Positions 1 through 6,842 of a DNA stretch of 48,634 nt are shown here, one piece after another (position 1 is the first letter of the stretch; each line of letters opens with the position of its first letter). Under the pieces are notes generated by a model. It made no database searches and was not told the origin of the DNA. It was given only the letters and a program-made list of their open reading frames with translations. Source of the DNA: a virus. Its lineage: Duplodnaviria > Heunggongvirae > Uroviricota > Caudoviricetes. The DNA lies in IMG/VR virus record IMGVR_UViG_3300045988_156243. One strand, 5' to 3'. The translations under genes were made by a program, and so were the position numbers.

Positions 1-58
1 TAGGAAATTTTTTCCCACCTGTAAAGCACTTTTTATATAAATCTATAATTATATATTT
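1..58 (-). promoter_or_regulatory. Distal half of conserved promoter-leader cassette, copy C (continues at 48585-48634)
   Basis: Near-identical to 9573-9628 and 41716-41770; contains TTTACA, a 17-bp spacer, TAAGGT, and the AT-rich box tataaatctata at 36-47. Confidence 0.5.
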
Positions 59-116
59 ATAGATTTTCGATATTCCCGATGTCTACACACCATCAAAACA
101 GCTCAAAATGACACTT

Positions 117-494
117 TTACTCTCTTCGCTTTTTCAAATAGTCGACAACATACGCCCTGGCTTTTGCCAGCTTCCGGCGATACTGTCTGAGACTAAGAGA
201 AAGGGCGTGGGCTTTATCAATATGCGGTGCATTTATGTCGAGGCCCCGAATCTCCCACGCCCCGTATTCAATTCGGACAACCAGCGCCGCAGTCTCATCA
301 ACTACCGTGAGGGCCGTCACCGCTCCCTCTATACTGGTTTCCAGTGAGTCATTTGGTGCGCCGCCCCCTCCGGTAAACTGGCAGCGCGTAACCATCATCA
401 TTTCTAACATCGACGCGAAACCGCTACGGGCGTTGCAGCCATTGCGCACCCACAGCGCCCATAGCTCAAACAAGCTATCCAGATCGCGTCTCAC
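117..494 (-). CDS. Putative late antiterminator, Q-like (GTG start)
   Basis: 125 aa; N-terminal MRRDLDSLFELWALW resembles the phage antitermination Q family as I recall it; last gene of the early leftward block, immediately upstream of cassette copy C. Confidence 0.3.
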   Translation of the reverse strand: MRRDLDSLFELWALWVRNGCNARSGFASMLEMMMVTRCQFTGGGGAPNDSLETSIEGAVTALTVVDETAALVVRIEYGAWEIRGLDINAPHIDKAHALSLSLRQYRRKLAKARAYVVDYLKKRRE

Positions 495-497
495 TGT

Positions 498-830
498 TCA
501 GATCTCCCGTATCGTGACGGGATAAAGCGCCTCTACCTGCTTTTTCTTCATGATGTAGACGTCTGTTCGCACACCTTTAGTGTCGACACAATCAATCGTC
601 CCATCGTCATAAAACACCATGAAATCAAGTTTATAAACGACACCACCTGGCAGATGAAAAGGCACCTGCATAAGAAACGTCACAACGCGGCCAGCTTTTC
701 TCAGTAGCTTCAGTTCGCAGTAGTAATCAGCCTCTTTTTTGCTATCAAAAGCGATATCATCGACAACCGTTTTTTTATTGCCGTATTTGCTTTTCCTTGT
801 CGCTGGTTTGCGAAAGCCGGTATATCTCAT
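498..830 (-). CDS. DUF1064-family phage protein
   Basis: 110 aa; KYGNKKTVVDDIAFDSKKEADYY is characteristic of DUF1064 as I recall it; ATG start, tightly packed with neighbours. Confidence 0.5.
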   Translation of the reverse strand: MRYTGFRKPATRKSKYGNKKTVVDDIAFDSKKEADYYCELKLLRKAGRVVTFLMQVPFHLPGGVVYKLDFMVFYDDGTIDCVDTKGVRTDVYIMKKKQVEALYPVTIREI

Positions 831-1231
831 TTGGTATCCCCTGGTACTTCACCAAGACTAAGATCAAACCCAATTTCGTCTTTAACTGACTGCGGCAACA
901 GCTCCCACGTCTGCGCACACAAAAATTCATCTGTGCCATAACGCTCAACAAAGCGAGCACAATTACTCAGGGGAGGGTGACGAACGGCAATATGCGGAGG
1001 CACGCGCCCACCACCAGGCACAACACCGCGATGATGTGGTGCGCACAACCCAAAGCTATGGAAGTGGCAATTCTCATCAACGCTGCCGTAATCAGGATCG
1101 TGATGTAGCTCCGTCCACAGCTCTGGATTCTCAATTTCACGGCCATCAATAATGCAAGCTATGCAACCCACGTGAGTGAGCACCGCTTGTATATAAAGTT
1201 TCTCTTTCTTCGTTGGGGTACGTCCGTTCAT
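827..1231 (-). CDS. Cys/His-rich phage protein, possible zinc-binding nuclease-like
   Basis: 134 aa with CIACII...HH...CHFHSFGLCAPHH; overlapping stop/start with flanking genes. Confidence 0.3.
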   Translation of the reverse strand: MNGRTPTKKEKLYIQAVLTHVGCIACIIDGREIENPELWTELHHDPDYGSVDENCHFHSFGLCAPHHRGVVPGGGRVPPHIAVRHPPLSNCARFVERYGTDEFLCAQTWELLPQSVKDEIGFDLSLGEVPGDTK

Positions 1232-1464
1232 CAGCGCCCCTTACCATTGATAAAGAGGTTGAACTCGTTGATTAACTGGACATACATGCTTCTGGCCGCG
1301 TAGTTCTTTGCCAGCTCTTTACGGGATGAGATCCCGCAAAACTCACGCAGAATCACAGAGGCCTCAGAACTGTTTGAAACGTTCTTCCCTGTTTTACTGG
1401 TCAGAAAGCGCCAGAATTGGGGATTCTGGCAATGCATCGCAGCACCGCGAACATAACTACTCAT
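1231..1464 (-). CDS. Hypothetical early protein
   Basis: 77 aa ORF, ATG start, translationally coupled in the leftward early operon. Confidence 0.35.
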   Translation of the reverse strand: MSSYVRGAAMHCQNPQFWRFLTSKTGKNVSNSSEASVILREFCGISSRKELAKNYAARSMYVQLINEFNLFINGKGR

Positions 1465-1976
1465 TGATGGCCCCCGTCATTTCTGGTGCTTTTCACCGTG
1501 CGGCTTCTTAAAAACCTGCCATCACGAACAACAGACACTTCTCGTTTACCCAACCTCATTTCACGGCGGTAACATTCAGAAAATGCCTCGTCCGGCATCA
1601 TATAAATGCGACGCTTCGCCTCCGTATCCAGAAGGGAACGGCTTGGGGTTACATATAAAAACGACTCATCAATAGGGACAAAACCACGAGCAAGAATTGC
1701 TGGCAGAATGCCAGGAAGAACGCAGAAAACAGCGCCACGATGCAGCAACATCTGGTACTCCATGACCTCCGTTATCCCCGTGACCACTGTTACGGTGTCA
1801 CGTCTGTTACGGCTGGCAACCAGTCGCTGCACACGTCCAATTTTCTGATCTACAGATAGATGTTTGCTATCGTTATCAATATGATCGATAACAAATCCTT
1901 TAATCGTTTGATCAAGGTAGTGCACCACCTGCGATTGAATCTGGTGATTATCACCAAAGAAGGCCAGAATCATCAT
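1461..1976 (-). CDS. Hypothetical early protein
   Basis: 171 aa ORF, ATG start overlapping the upstream gene stop. Confidence 0.4.
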   Translation of the reverse strand: MMILAFFGDNHQIQSQVVHYLDQTIKGFVIDHIDNDSKHLSVDQKIGRVQRLVASRNRRDTVTVVTGITEVMEYQMLLHRGAVFCVLPGILPAILARGFVPIDESFLYVTPSRSLLDTEAKRRIYMMPDEAFSECYRREMRLGKREVSVVRDGRFLRSRTVKSTRNDGGHQ

Positions 1977-2467
1977 TCCTCAAGCCTCCCAAGTGCTGAA
2001 CGCCTGGCGTTGCTAATCTCCTTATGAATCAGCTCGATATCGCTGGAATCTTTATTCTTAAGCTCCAGCACGGTAATCGCATCACGAACCTCTGAAACGG
2101 TTACGTGTGAGTGTTTCCAGCGAGCAATGAATCGCGGACCGCGTAGATTGCAACGCTCCGCAGGCATCCCCAGCTCAGAGAAAACCGCTTTCAGCCTTGA
2201 TAAGCAGTTAACAGGGAGATTCCCTTTGATCTTGTTCTGCCGAACCGATGTGCCATCGCTACGCTGGCGCTGACGTTCGGCAAAATCTGCCGCCCATTGC
2301 TGGACGTTAATCCGGCCTTCCGAATACGCCACCAGCAGCGTCAGGTTATCCGCACGAGGGAATCTCTCGAAGCGATACCAGGCACCAATCAGTGATGACG
2401 TAAAGCCAAACTTTCTGGCAACACCAATTTGGCCTCCATTTTCGTCAACCCACTCCTGAAAGGTCAT
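1973..2467 (-). CDS. Cro/YdaS-like HTH early regulator with C-terminal extension
   Basis: 164 aa; N-terminus MTFQEWVDENGGQIGVARKFG matches Cro/YdaS-type HTH starts; divergent from the CI-like gene across an operator-rich spacer. Confidence 0.5.
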   Translation of the reverse strand: MTFQEWVDENGGQIGVARKFGFTSSLIGAWYRFERFPRADNLTLLVAYSEGRINVQQWAADFAERQRQRSDGTSVRQNKIKGNLPVNCLSRLKAVFSELGMPAERCNLRGPRFIARWKHSHVTVSEVRDAITVLELKNKDSSDIELIHKEISNARRSALGRLEE

Positions 2468-2485
2468 TTAACGAACTCCAGTTAA

Positions 2486-2501
2486 AACCACGATATGTGG
2501 T
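2486..2501. promoter_or_regulatory. Operator-like palindrome aaccacgatatgtggt
   Basis: AACCAC-N5-GTGGT inverted repeat in the cI/cro-like intergenic region. Confidence 0.45.
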
Positions 2502-2506
2502 ATTAA

Positions 2507-2522
2507 AACCACATATCGTGAG
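2507..2522. promoter_or_regulatory. Operator-like site aaccacatatcgtgag (degenerate half-site)
   Basis: Second copy 5 bp from the first; one half-site deviates. Confidence 0.35.
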
Positions 2523-2588
2523 TTTTTCAATGGGCGAAACAAAAAATAACCTTCTATTTGTGGTCCACCTCTCGTCTTACCATGTGAA

Positions 2589-2604
2589 AACCACTAAATG
2601 TGGT
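2589..2604. promoter_or_regulatory. Operator-like palindrome aaccactaaatgtggt
   Basis: Third copy, about 38 bp upstream of the CI-like start, followed by tataaa. Confidence 0.45.
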
Positions 2605-2641
2605 AATGTATAAATAACCCACCATTCACGATTGATGAGAC

Positions 2642-3298
2642 ATGAAAAGCAACGACGAGAACATCAAGAAAGAAATAGGTCTGCGCATTCAGACTCTACG
2701 GAAACAATCCGGCATGACTGCCGGAGATCTCCAGCAAGTCACTGGAATAGGCTTAAGCACCTTGCAGAACTATGAGGCCGGATTAAGACAACCATCTATA
2801 CCTGCCATCAAGAAAATCGCGCACGCCCTGAAAGCATCAGCGCCTTATATCGCGTGCTTAACAGATAACCCGTTCCCACCCCAGAATACTAACGCTCCTG
2901 TTATTCCTGGGCTTGTAGCTATAAAAAATGACATAGCATCGCACGCCGGAGAAAAGCCAGTGCTGGCGATAGAACAGGAGATTCTACGAAGCAAGAACAT
3001 CAACCCATCGTCTCTGTCAGTTCTCCAGAGCAACGATGAGTTAATGTCACCAACAATATCCCCTGGCTCCCAAGTCCTGATTAATACAGACGATACAGAG
3101 ATTCATGAGGGGATCTATGCCCTTGAAGACAGAAATGGCCTGGTTGTTTTGAGGCACTGTAGAGTCATACCGGGTGACAATGCTGTTATGCTGTCAACCG
3201 AAAGGGATGCTGAAATGAACACTAAGCATCTGAATAACGAGGAATTTAAGCGTTATAAAGTTCTTGGCCGCGTAGTTAGTGTTGTCAACTGGTTATGA
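2642..3298 (+). CDS. CI-like repressor (HTH_XRE N-domain plus S24 LexA-like C-domain)
   Basis: 218 aa; N-terminal HTH (GMTAGDLQQVTGIGLSTLQNYE); C-terminal MSPTISPGSQVLINTD and KVLGRVV resemble the S24 Ser/Lys autocleavage motifs. Confidence 0.85.
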   Translation: MKSNDENIKKEIGLRIQTLRKQSGMTAGDLQQVTGIGLSTLQNYEAGLRQPSIPAIKKIAHALKASAPYIACLTDNPFPPQNTNAPVIPGLVAIKNDIASHAGEKPVLAIEQEILRSKNINPSSLSVLQSNDELMSPTISPGSQVLINTDDTEIHEGIYALEDRNGLVVLRHCRVIPGDNAVMLSTERDAEMNTKHLNNEEFKRYKVLGRVVSVVNWL

Positions 3299-3339
3299 TA
3301 CACAGCACGGCGAAAGCCGTGCATTTCTACGCTCAAAAA

Positions 3340-3356
3340 AACCACATTTTGTGGTT
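3340..3356. promoter_or_regulatory. Operator-like palindrome aaccacattttgtggtt (could also act as a weak terminator hairpin)
   Basis: Same AACCAC-N5-GTGGT pattern downstream of the CI-like gene, flanked by an A-run and a T-run. Confidence 0.35.
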
Positions 3357-3390
3357 TTGACAACATGTAAAAGTATAAAAGAGGCTACGC

Positions 3391-3765
3391 ATGGAATTAC
3401 ATACAGCCAATAAAAACGAAACTCTGATCACTGCTGGAATCGAAATCCAAGCGTTGAACATAGCGATTGAGTGTATGTTATGCCAAATCATTGATAATGA
3501 GAAAGATATCGACTGGATAGAATCTATCCTTCATCTGGCATCAGAACAAAAAGTCTGCCTCAAAACGGCCTTACAATACGATGTGCCAGCGGTATCGAAG
3601 CTGTGCCAGCCATTGATGGCATATAACAGGGCTATTATTTCTGTATGCCTCATGATTCTTGATGAAAACACCCCTCTTAGCGACCGCTCAGAAGCTGCTC
3701 TAACCCTCTCACGTAAACAGCGACAGCTAGCAAATCAACTGATATCAACGATAGCTGACCTCTGA
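3391..3765 (+). CDS. Hypothetical protein downstream of repressor
   Basis: 124 aa, ATG start with agagg RBS; followed by a hairpin terminator. Confidence 0.4.
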   Translation: MELHTANKNETLITAGIEIQALNIAIECMLCQIIDNEKDIDWIESILHLASEQKVCLKTALQYDVPAVSKLCQPLMAYNRAIISVCLMILDENTPLSDRSEAALTLSRKQRQLANQLISTIADL

Positions 3766-3767
3766 CT

Positions 3768-3792
3768 GCAAGCGGGCTAACGCCCGCTTATA
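3768..3792 (+). terminator. Putative intrinsic terminator
   Basis: Hairpin aagcgggc-taac-gcccgctt directly after the stop of the 3391-3765 gene; weak U-tract. Confidence 0.45.
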
Positions 3793-3796
3793 TGAT

Positions 3797-3893
3797 TATA
3801 GATTTATATAATTATATAAAACGCTTTTCATCCGCCAAAAAGTTGGTTATGCTTACCTCGTTCTATAAATATAGATTTATAGAATTATATAAC
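3797..3893. repeat. AT-rich boxes upstream of parA (tatagatttata at 3797-3808 and 3870-3881); candidate centromere/operator
   Basis: Two ~24-bp direct repeats of tatagatttata(t/g)aattatata; a third copy at 4586-4597. Confidence 0.45.
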
Positions 3894-3900
3894 CAAACAC

Positions 3901-4569
3901 ATGGAGTCTCGACAAATGACTATCTCTGTAGGTATTTTCAACGGAAAAGGCGGCGTAACCAAATCAACAATTGCCCGTGCTTTAGCAGTTGCTTATGCAA
4001 AGGCCGGCTGGAATGTATGCCTGATCGATATGGATGTGCTTAACGGAACGGTAACGCGTTGGGTACAACGCAGAATGGCCAACAATATCGAACCTGCAAT
4101 CGCGGCACAGCCGTGCGGCACACCATCACAAGTCCAGAAAATCATCGAATCAGAAGTATACGACTTGGTTATCGTCGATGGCGGTGCCTACGCATCTGAA
4201 TCAGTACCGAAGCTCTCTGAATTTCTGGATATGGTTATTTTGCCAACCAGATTCTCTACCGATGACCTGGAAACCACCGTTAACACAGCTCATGGCATCG
4301 TTAAAAAGGGTGTGCCAATCAAGAAAATTTGCATGGTGTTCTCAGGCGCGGCTGAAAACGAAGCCGACTACATTGAAGCCCAAGAGTACCTGGCTAATAC
4401 GCCATACTTTGTTGTCGATAAGTACATTCCCCACAAGCCAGCTCTAAGCAAAGCTCAGGATAAGGGCTTAAGCCTCATTGAATGCTCATACGTTGCGCCA
4501 CGCAAAAAGGCAGACGACGTTATTCAGGGGATTATCAACCAGCTTGAGGCTCTGACTACTGCCGCGTAA
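3901..4569 (+). CDS. parA: ParA-family partition ATPase (small, ParF-like)
   Basis: 222 aa; deviant Walker A GKGGVTKST near the N-terminus; no N-terminal HTH extension. Confidence 0.85.
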   Translation: MESRQMTISVGIFNGKGGVTKSTIARALAVAYAKAGWNVCLIDMDVLNGTVTRWVQRRMANNIEPAIAAQPCGTPSQVQKIIESEVYDLVIVDGGAYASESVPKLSEFLDMVILPTRFSTDDLETTVNTAHGIVKKGVPIKKICMVFSGAAENEADYIEAQEYLANTPYFVVDKYIPHKPALSKAQDKGLSLIECSYVAPRKKADDVIQGIINQLEALTTAA

Positions 4570-4570
4570 T

Positions 4571-4600
4571 ATATAATTATAGTTTTATAGATTTATATAA
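4571..4600. repeat. AT-rich box copy (tatagatttata at 4586-4597) between parA and the downstream gene
   Basis: Same 12-mer as upstream of parA. Confidence 0.4.
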
Positions 4601-4612
4601 GAGGGGATACAC

Positions 4613-4861
4613 ATGGCCGCACCATCAAAACCACCAAAGAAGAACAGCAAAGGCGTACCGCCATCGATCGAACAACCGCAAGTTTTCGACCCGACTGAAA
4701 CGCCAGCCAGAACCAAATCAGGTGGGGCACAAATGGCGTTTAACGTCGACCCTGAATTTAAACGCGAGTACAAAACGTTCGCCAGCTCAATGGATATGTC
4801 ATTGAAAGAAGTGCTGACAAAATCTTTTGAGTTACTCAAGGCTCAATACAACCAGAAGTAA
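4613..4861 (+). CDS. ParG-like small partition/centromere-binding protein (putative RHH)
   Basis: 82 aa; Pro/Lys-rich flexible N-terminus and compact C-terminus; immediately downstream of the ParF-like ATPase with gagggga RBS. Confidence 0.5.
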   Translation: MAAPSKPPKKNSKGVPPSIEQPQVFDPTETPARTKSGGAQMAFNVDPEFKREYKTFASSMDMSLKEVLTKSFELLKAQYNQK

Positions 4862-4923
4862 GAGAAGGTGACGGCCTCCAGCGCCAACTGTTGGCCGTCG
4901 CGACACAACAAGGGGAATTTGTT

Positions 4924-5073
4924 ATGTCCGAGCAACAATATACACGGTTACTGAAAACTCGTCTAACCGACCTCAAACGGCTGCAAGCTGGTCGCTTATT
5001 TGCCCTGCTATCCACCAGGCCAGAATGGGTACGTGAAGCAGTTCTAAAAGGCTTAATGCGCTCCAGCGTTTAA
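4924..5073 (+). CDS. Hypothetical small protein
   Basis: 49 aa from the internal ATG (ORF-track start is TTG at 4891); aagggg RBS. Confidence 0.3.
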   Translation: MSEQQYTRLLKTRLTDLKRLQAGRLFALLSTRPEWVREAVLKGLMRSSV

Positions 5074-5083
5074 ATTCAACCAT

Positions 5084-5105
5084 AAAAAAGGCCCCCGAAG
5101 GGGCC
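5084..5105. terminator. Intrinsic terminator, stronger on the minus strand
   Basis: Hairpin ggcccc-cgaa-ggggcc preceded by aaaaaa (a U-tract on the minus strand). Confidence 0.6.
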
Positions 5106-5111
5106 TAATCG

Positions 5112-5233
5112 CTACTTGCTGCTAATGTTTATCGTCACATTCAGAGCGTTATCAGTAATCTTCCAACCCTCCCCATGTGGCGTAAACAAAGCTCCAGTAA
5201 CAACGATAAAAATACACATACAGTATTTTTTCA
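5112..5233 (-). CDS. Small hydrophobic peptide, candidate type I toxin
   Basis: 40 codons from ATG at 5233 (MKKYCMCIFIVVTGALF...); ORF-track version is TTG-extended; its 5' UTR carries the complement of the 20-mer at 5299-5318. Confidence 0.3.
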
Positions 5234-5298
5234 TTGTGTGGCCCTTACAGGCCGTTTCACGGCATCCCCACCGACGAAAATGACGCGAGAGCAAGCAC

Positions 5299-5318
5299 GC
5301 TGTTTGTGCCTGCGTGGT
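5299..5318. repeat. 20-mer box copy 1 (gctgtttgtgcctgcgtggt)
   Basis: 19/20 identical to 5549-5568. Confidence 0.8.
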
Positions 5319-5548
5319 ACGGCAAGTGGATAATCCTTTCCTGAAAGTCAGTGCCCGGGTGCGAATCGGCGGAAAGGCCCCAAGCCATATTACACGTCAT
5401 ACCCTTCATAATGAAGGAATAAAAAACGCTTTTATTACATAAGATTACACGTAAATAAGTTAAAAACCTTCATTTTGCATGAGCTAATGAGCTAAATTTT
5501 TTTATATGAATAGTGGACTATTCACCTCAGTTGGGTAAGAATGTAGTT

Positions 5549-5568
5549 GCTGTTTGTGCTTGCGTGGT
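5549..5568. repeat. 20-mer box copy 2 (gctgtttgtgcttgcgtggt)
   Basis: Direct repeat of 5299-5318 at the predicted 5' end of a plus-strand sRNA. Confidence 0.8.
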
Positions 5569-5651
5569 TGTATTAGTACAACGACGTTATGCTGAAAGGA
5601 CCGCGAATCCGATCAGCACGAAAGAACCGTCCTCAAAAGGACGGTTTTTTT
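5549..5651 (+). ncRNA. Candidate ~100-nt sRNA (antitoxin-like), ending in an intrinsic terminator
   Basis: Possible promoter TGGACT-16 bp-TAAGAAT just upstream; terminator ccgtcc-tcaaaa-ggacgg plus T7 at 5627-5651; no credible ORF. Confidence 0.4.
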
Positions 5652-6205
5652 GTTTCTCCCCCTTCCTTCCCAAATGATTCAAATGTTAATGAGAGAGAAT
5701 CATTTGATATGTTCGATTTAGCGCCGTTATCGACCCAATTTCTGTATGCTTCATCACAACAGTACCTTACAGCAGTTGGAGTAACAGGGATGCCGCCCCC
5801 AAATGAGAATCCCATTGAGCTAATGCTAACTCTTTCGAATGGCCTATTTCTCAATGCTTCAAACCCCTTGCTATTAAAGTAACGCAGCATCAGAGGTAAA
5901 AGGTTATCCTCGTCCTGACTGATTGTTCCAGGGAAAAAGTAGTAACCATAACGGTTAAATTCGGGAATAAGATTTTCTACCAATGACATGAAATTCACTG
6001 GAGTAATATTAAGGGCTGTGAAAGCACCAAAAAGGGCGTCAACTGTTAATACAGACTGCCCGTTCTCTATCTTTGTCCATGCGTTTGGTGTTTTTCCAGC
6101 AGCTTGAGCCAGCACTCCTTGATGCACACCTCTTTCTAGCCTAAGTTCTTTTATGATCATTAGGTGAATTGTTGAAAAACATGAGTTTTTTGACTGTTCA
6201 ATCAT
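5633..6205 (-). CDS. HTH_XRE-family transcriptional regulator with C-terminal domain
   Basis: 190 aa; N-terminal HTH (ELRLERGVHQGVLAQAAGKTPNAWTKIENGQ); divergent from the antirepressor operon. Confidence 0.7.
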   Translation of the reverse strand: MIEQSKNSCFSTIHLMIIKELRLERGVHQGVLAQAAGKTPNAWTKIENGQSVLTVDALFGAFTALNITPVNFMSLVENLIPEFNRYGYYFFPGTISQDEDNLLPLMLRYFNSKGFEALRNRPFERVSISSMGFSFGGGIPVTPTAVRYCCDEAYRNWVDNGAKSNISNDSLSLTFESFGKEGGETKKPSF

Positions 6206-6339
6206 TTTTTATCCCCATACTGAATTTTTTCTTGTTCCCGACTTTAACAAAATTCCACAACTCAGGACTGATTGATTCCTTACAGGAACTATACATTCCC
6301 ATTTTAGCATATCAAGAAAATTAAAAGCCCCGCATTCAA

Positions 6340-6356
6340 ACCCACACTATGTGGTT
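6340..6356. promoter_or_regulatory. Operator-like palindrome acccacactatgtggtt upstream of the antirepressor operon
   Basis: AACCAC-N5-GTGGT pattern 23 bp upstream of a TTGACA hexamer at 6380-6385. Confidence 0.4.
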
Positions 6357-6409
6357 GTCTCTGTTAAAATCCCGCCGTATTGACATAAATGCGCCATTGG
6401 TGGACACTT

Positions 6410-6488
6410 TCCGAGCCGTAGCAAAATCTACGGCCGGGATTAGCCTCCTGAATAACACGATGGCGCATACCGCGTTAGCGGTTTTTTT
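6410..6488 (+). ncRNA. Candidate structured leader/sRNA upstream of the antirepressor operon
   Basis: Hairpin ccgtag-caaaat-ctacgg and ccgc-gtta-gcgg followed by T7 (6470-6488); no ORF. Confidence 0.25.
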
Positions 6489-6650
6489 ATGCGTAGAGCA
6501 CTGTTACGCCCAAATTATGGTGGGTCGTACAGGGGCGGAGAAATCCGCGCCGGTTCGTCATTGTGTCCGGTAAGGCTAACCCTGTACGGCTCACCACCAT
6601 TTGATTAGCCTCGAATGGCGGTGATAGTTCCATATACTGGAGATATCACA

Positions 6651-6842
6651 ATGACAAACCTACCCCATGACTATTACGTCAACCTCGTAAAGATCCTTCT
6701 CAAGAAAGCCTCATACGCCGATAAATTCCGCCTGGCTGAAATCATCGAGCGCGAAGCTATGCGCATCGCCAGCAACGATAACGCTGTTTCTGACGCAAAA
6801 ATCTCCCTCGTAACCAAAGTAGTTATGGGAGGTGCAAAATGA
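6651..6842 (+). CDS. Small ORF translationally coupled to the antirepressor (icd-like position)
   Basis: 63 aa from ATG at 6651 with ggag RBS; stop overlaps the antirepressor start (ATGA). Confidence 0.35.
   Translation: MTNLPHDYYVNLVKILLKKASYADKFRLAEIIEREAMRIASNDNAVSDAKISLVTKVVMGGAK

Noticed and set aside
108-525. Plus-strand ORFs 108-347 and 235-525
   Set aside because: They fully overlap the minus-strand Q-like gene, which fits the tightly coupled leftward operon; treated as antisense shadow ORFs.
3340-3356. aaccacattttgtggtt as a straightforward intrinsic terminator
   Set aside because: It can fold as a hairpin with flanking A and T runs, but it shares the exact motif of the cI/cro operators and has an AT-rich stem; kept as an ambiguous operator-or-terminator element.
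3797-4600. AT-rich repeated boxes as a possible CRISPR array
   Set aside because: Repeats are AT-rich, irregularly spaced and degenerate, with no unique spacers of uniform length and no cas genes.
5589-5882. 97-aa plus-strand ORF
   Set aside because: Starts inside the terminator-bounded sRNA region and overlaps the 3' half of the HTH regulator gene on the other strand; the sequence looks non-proteinaceous.
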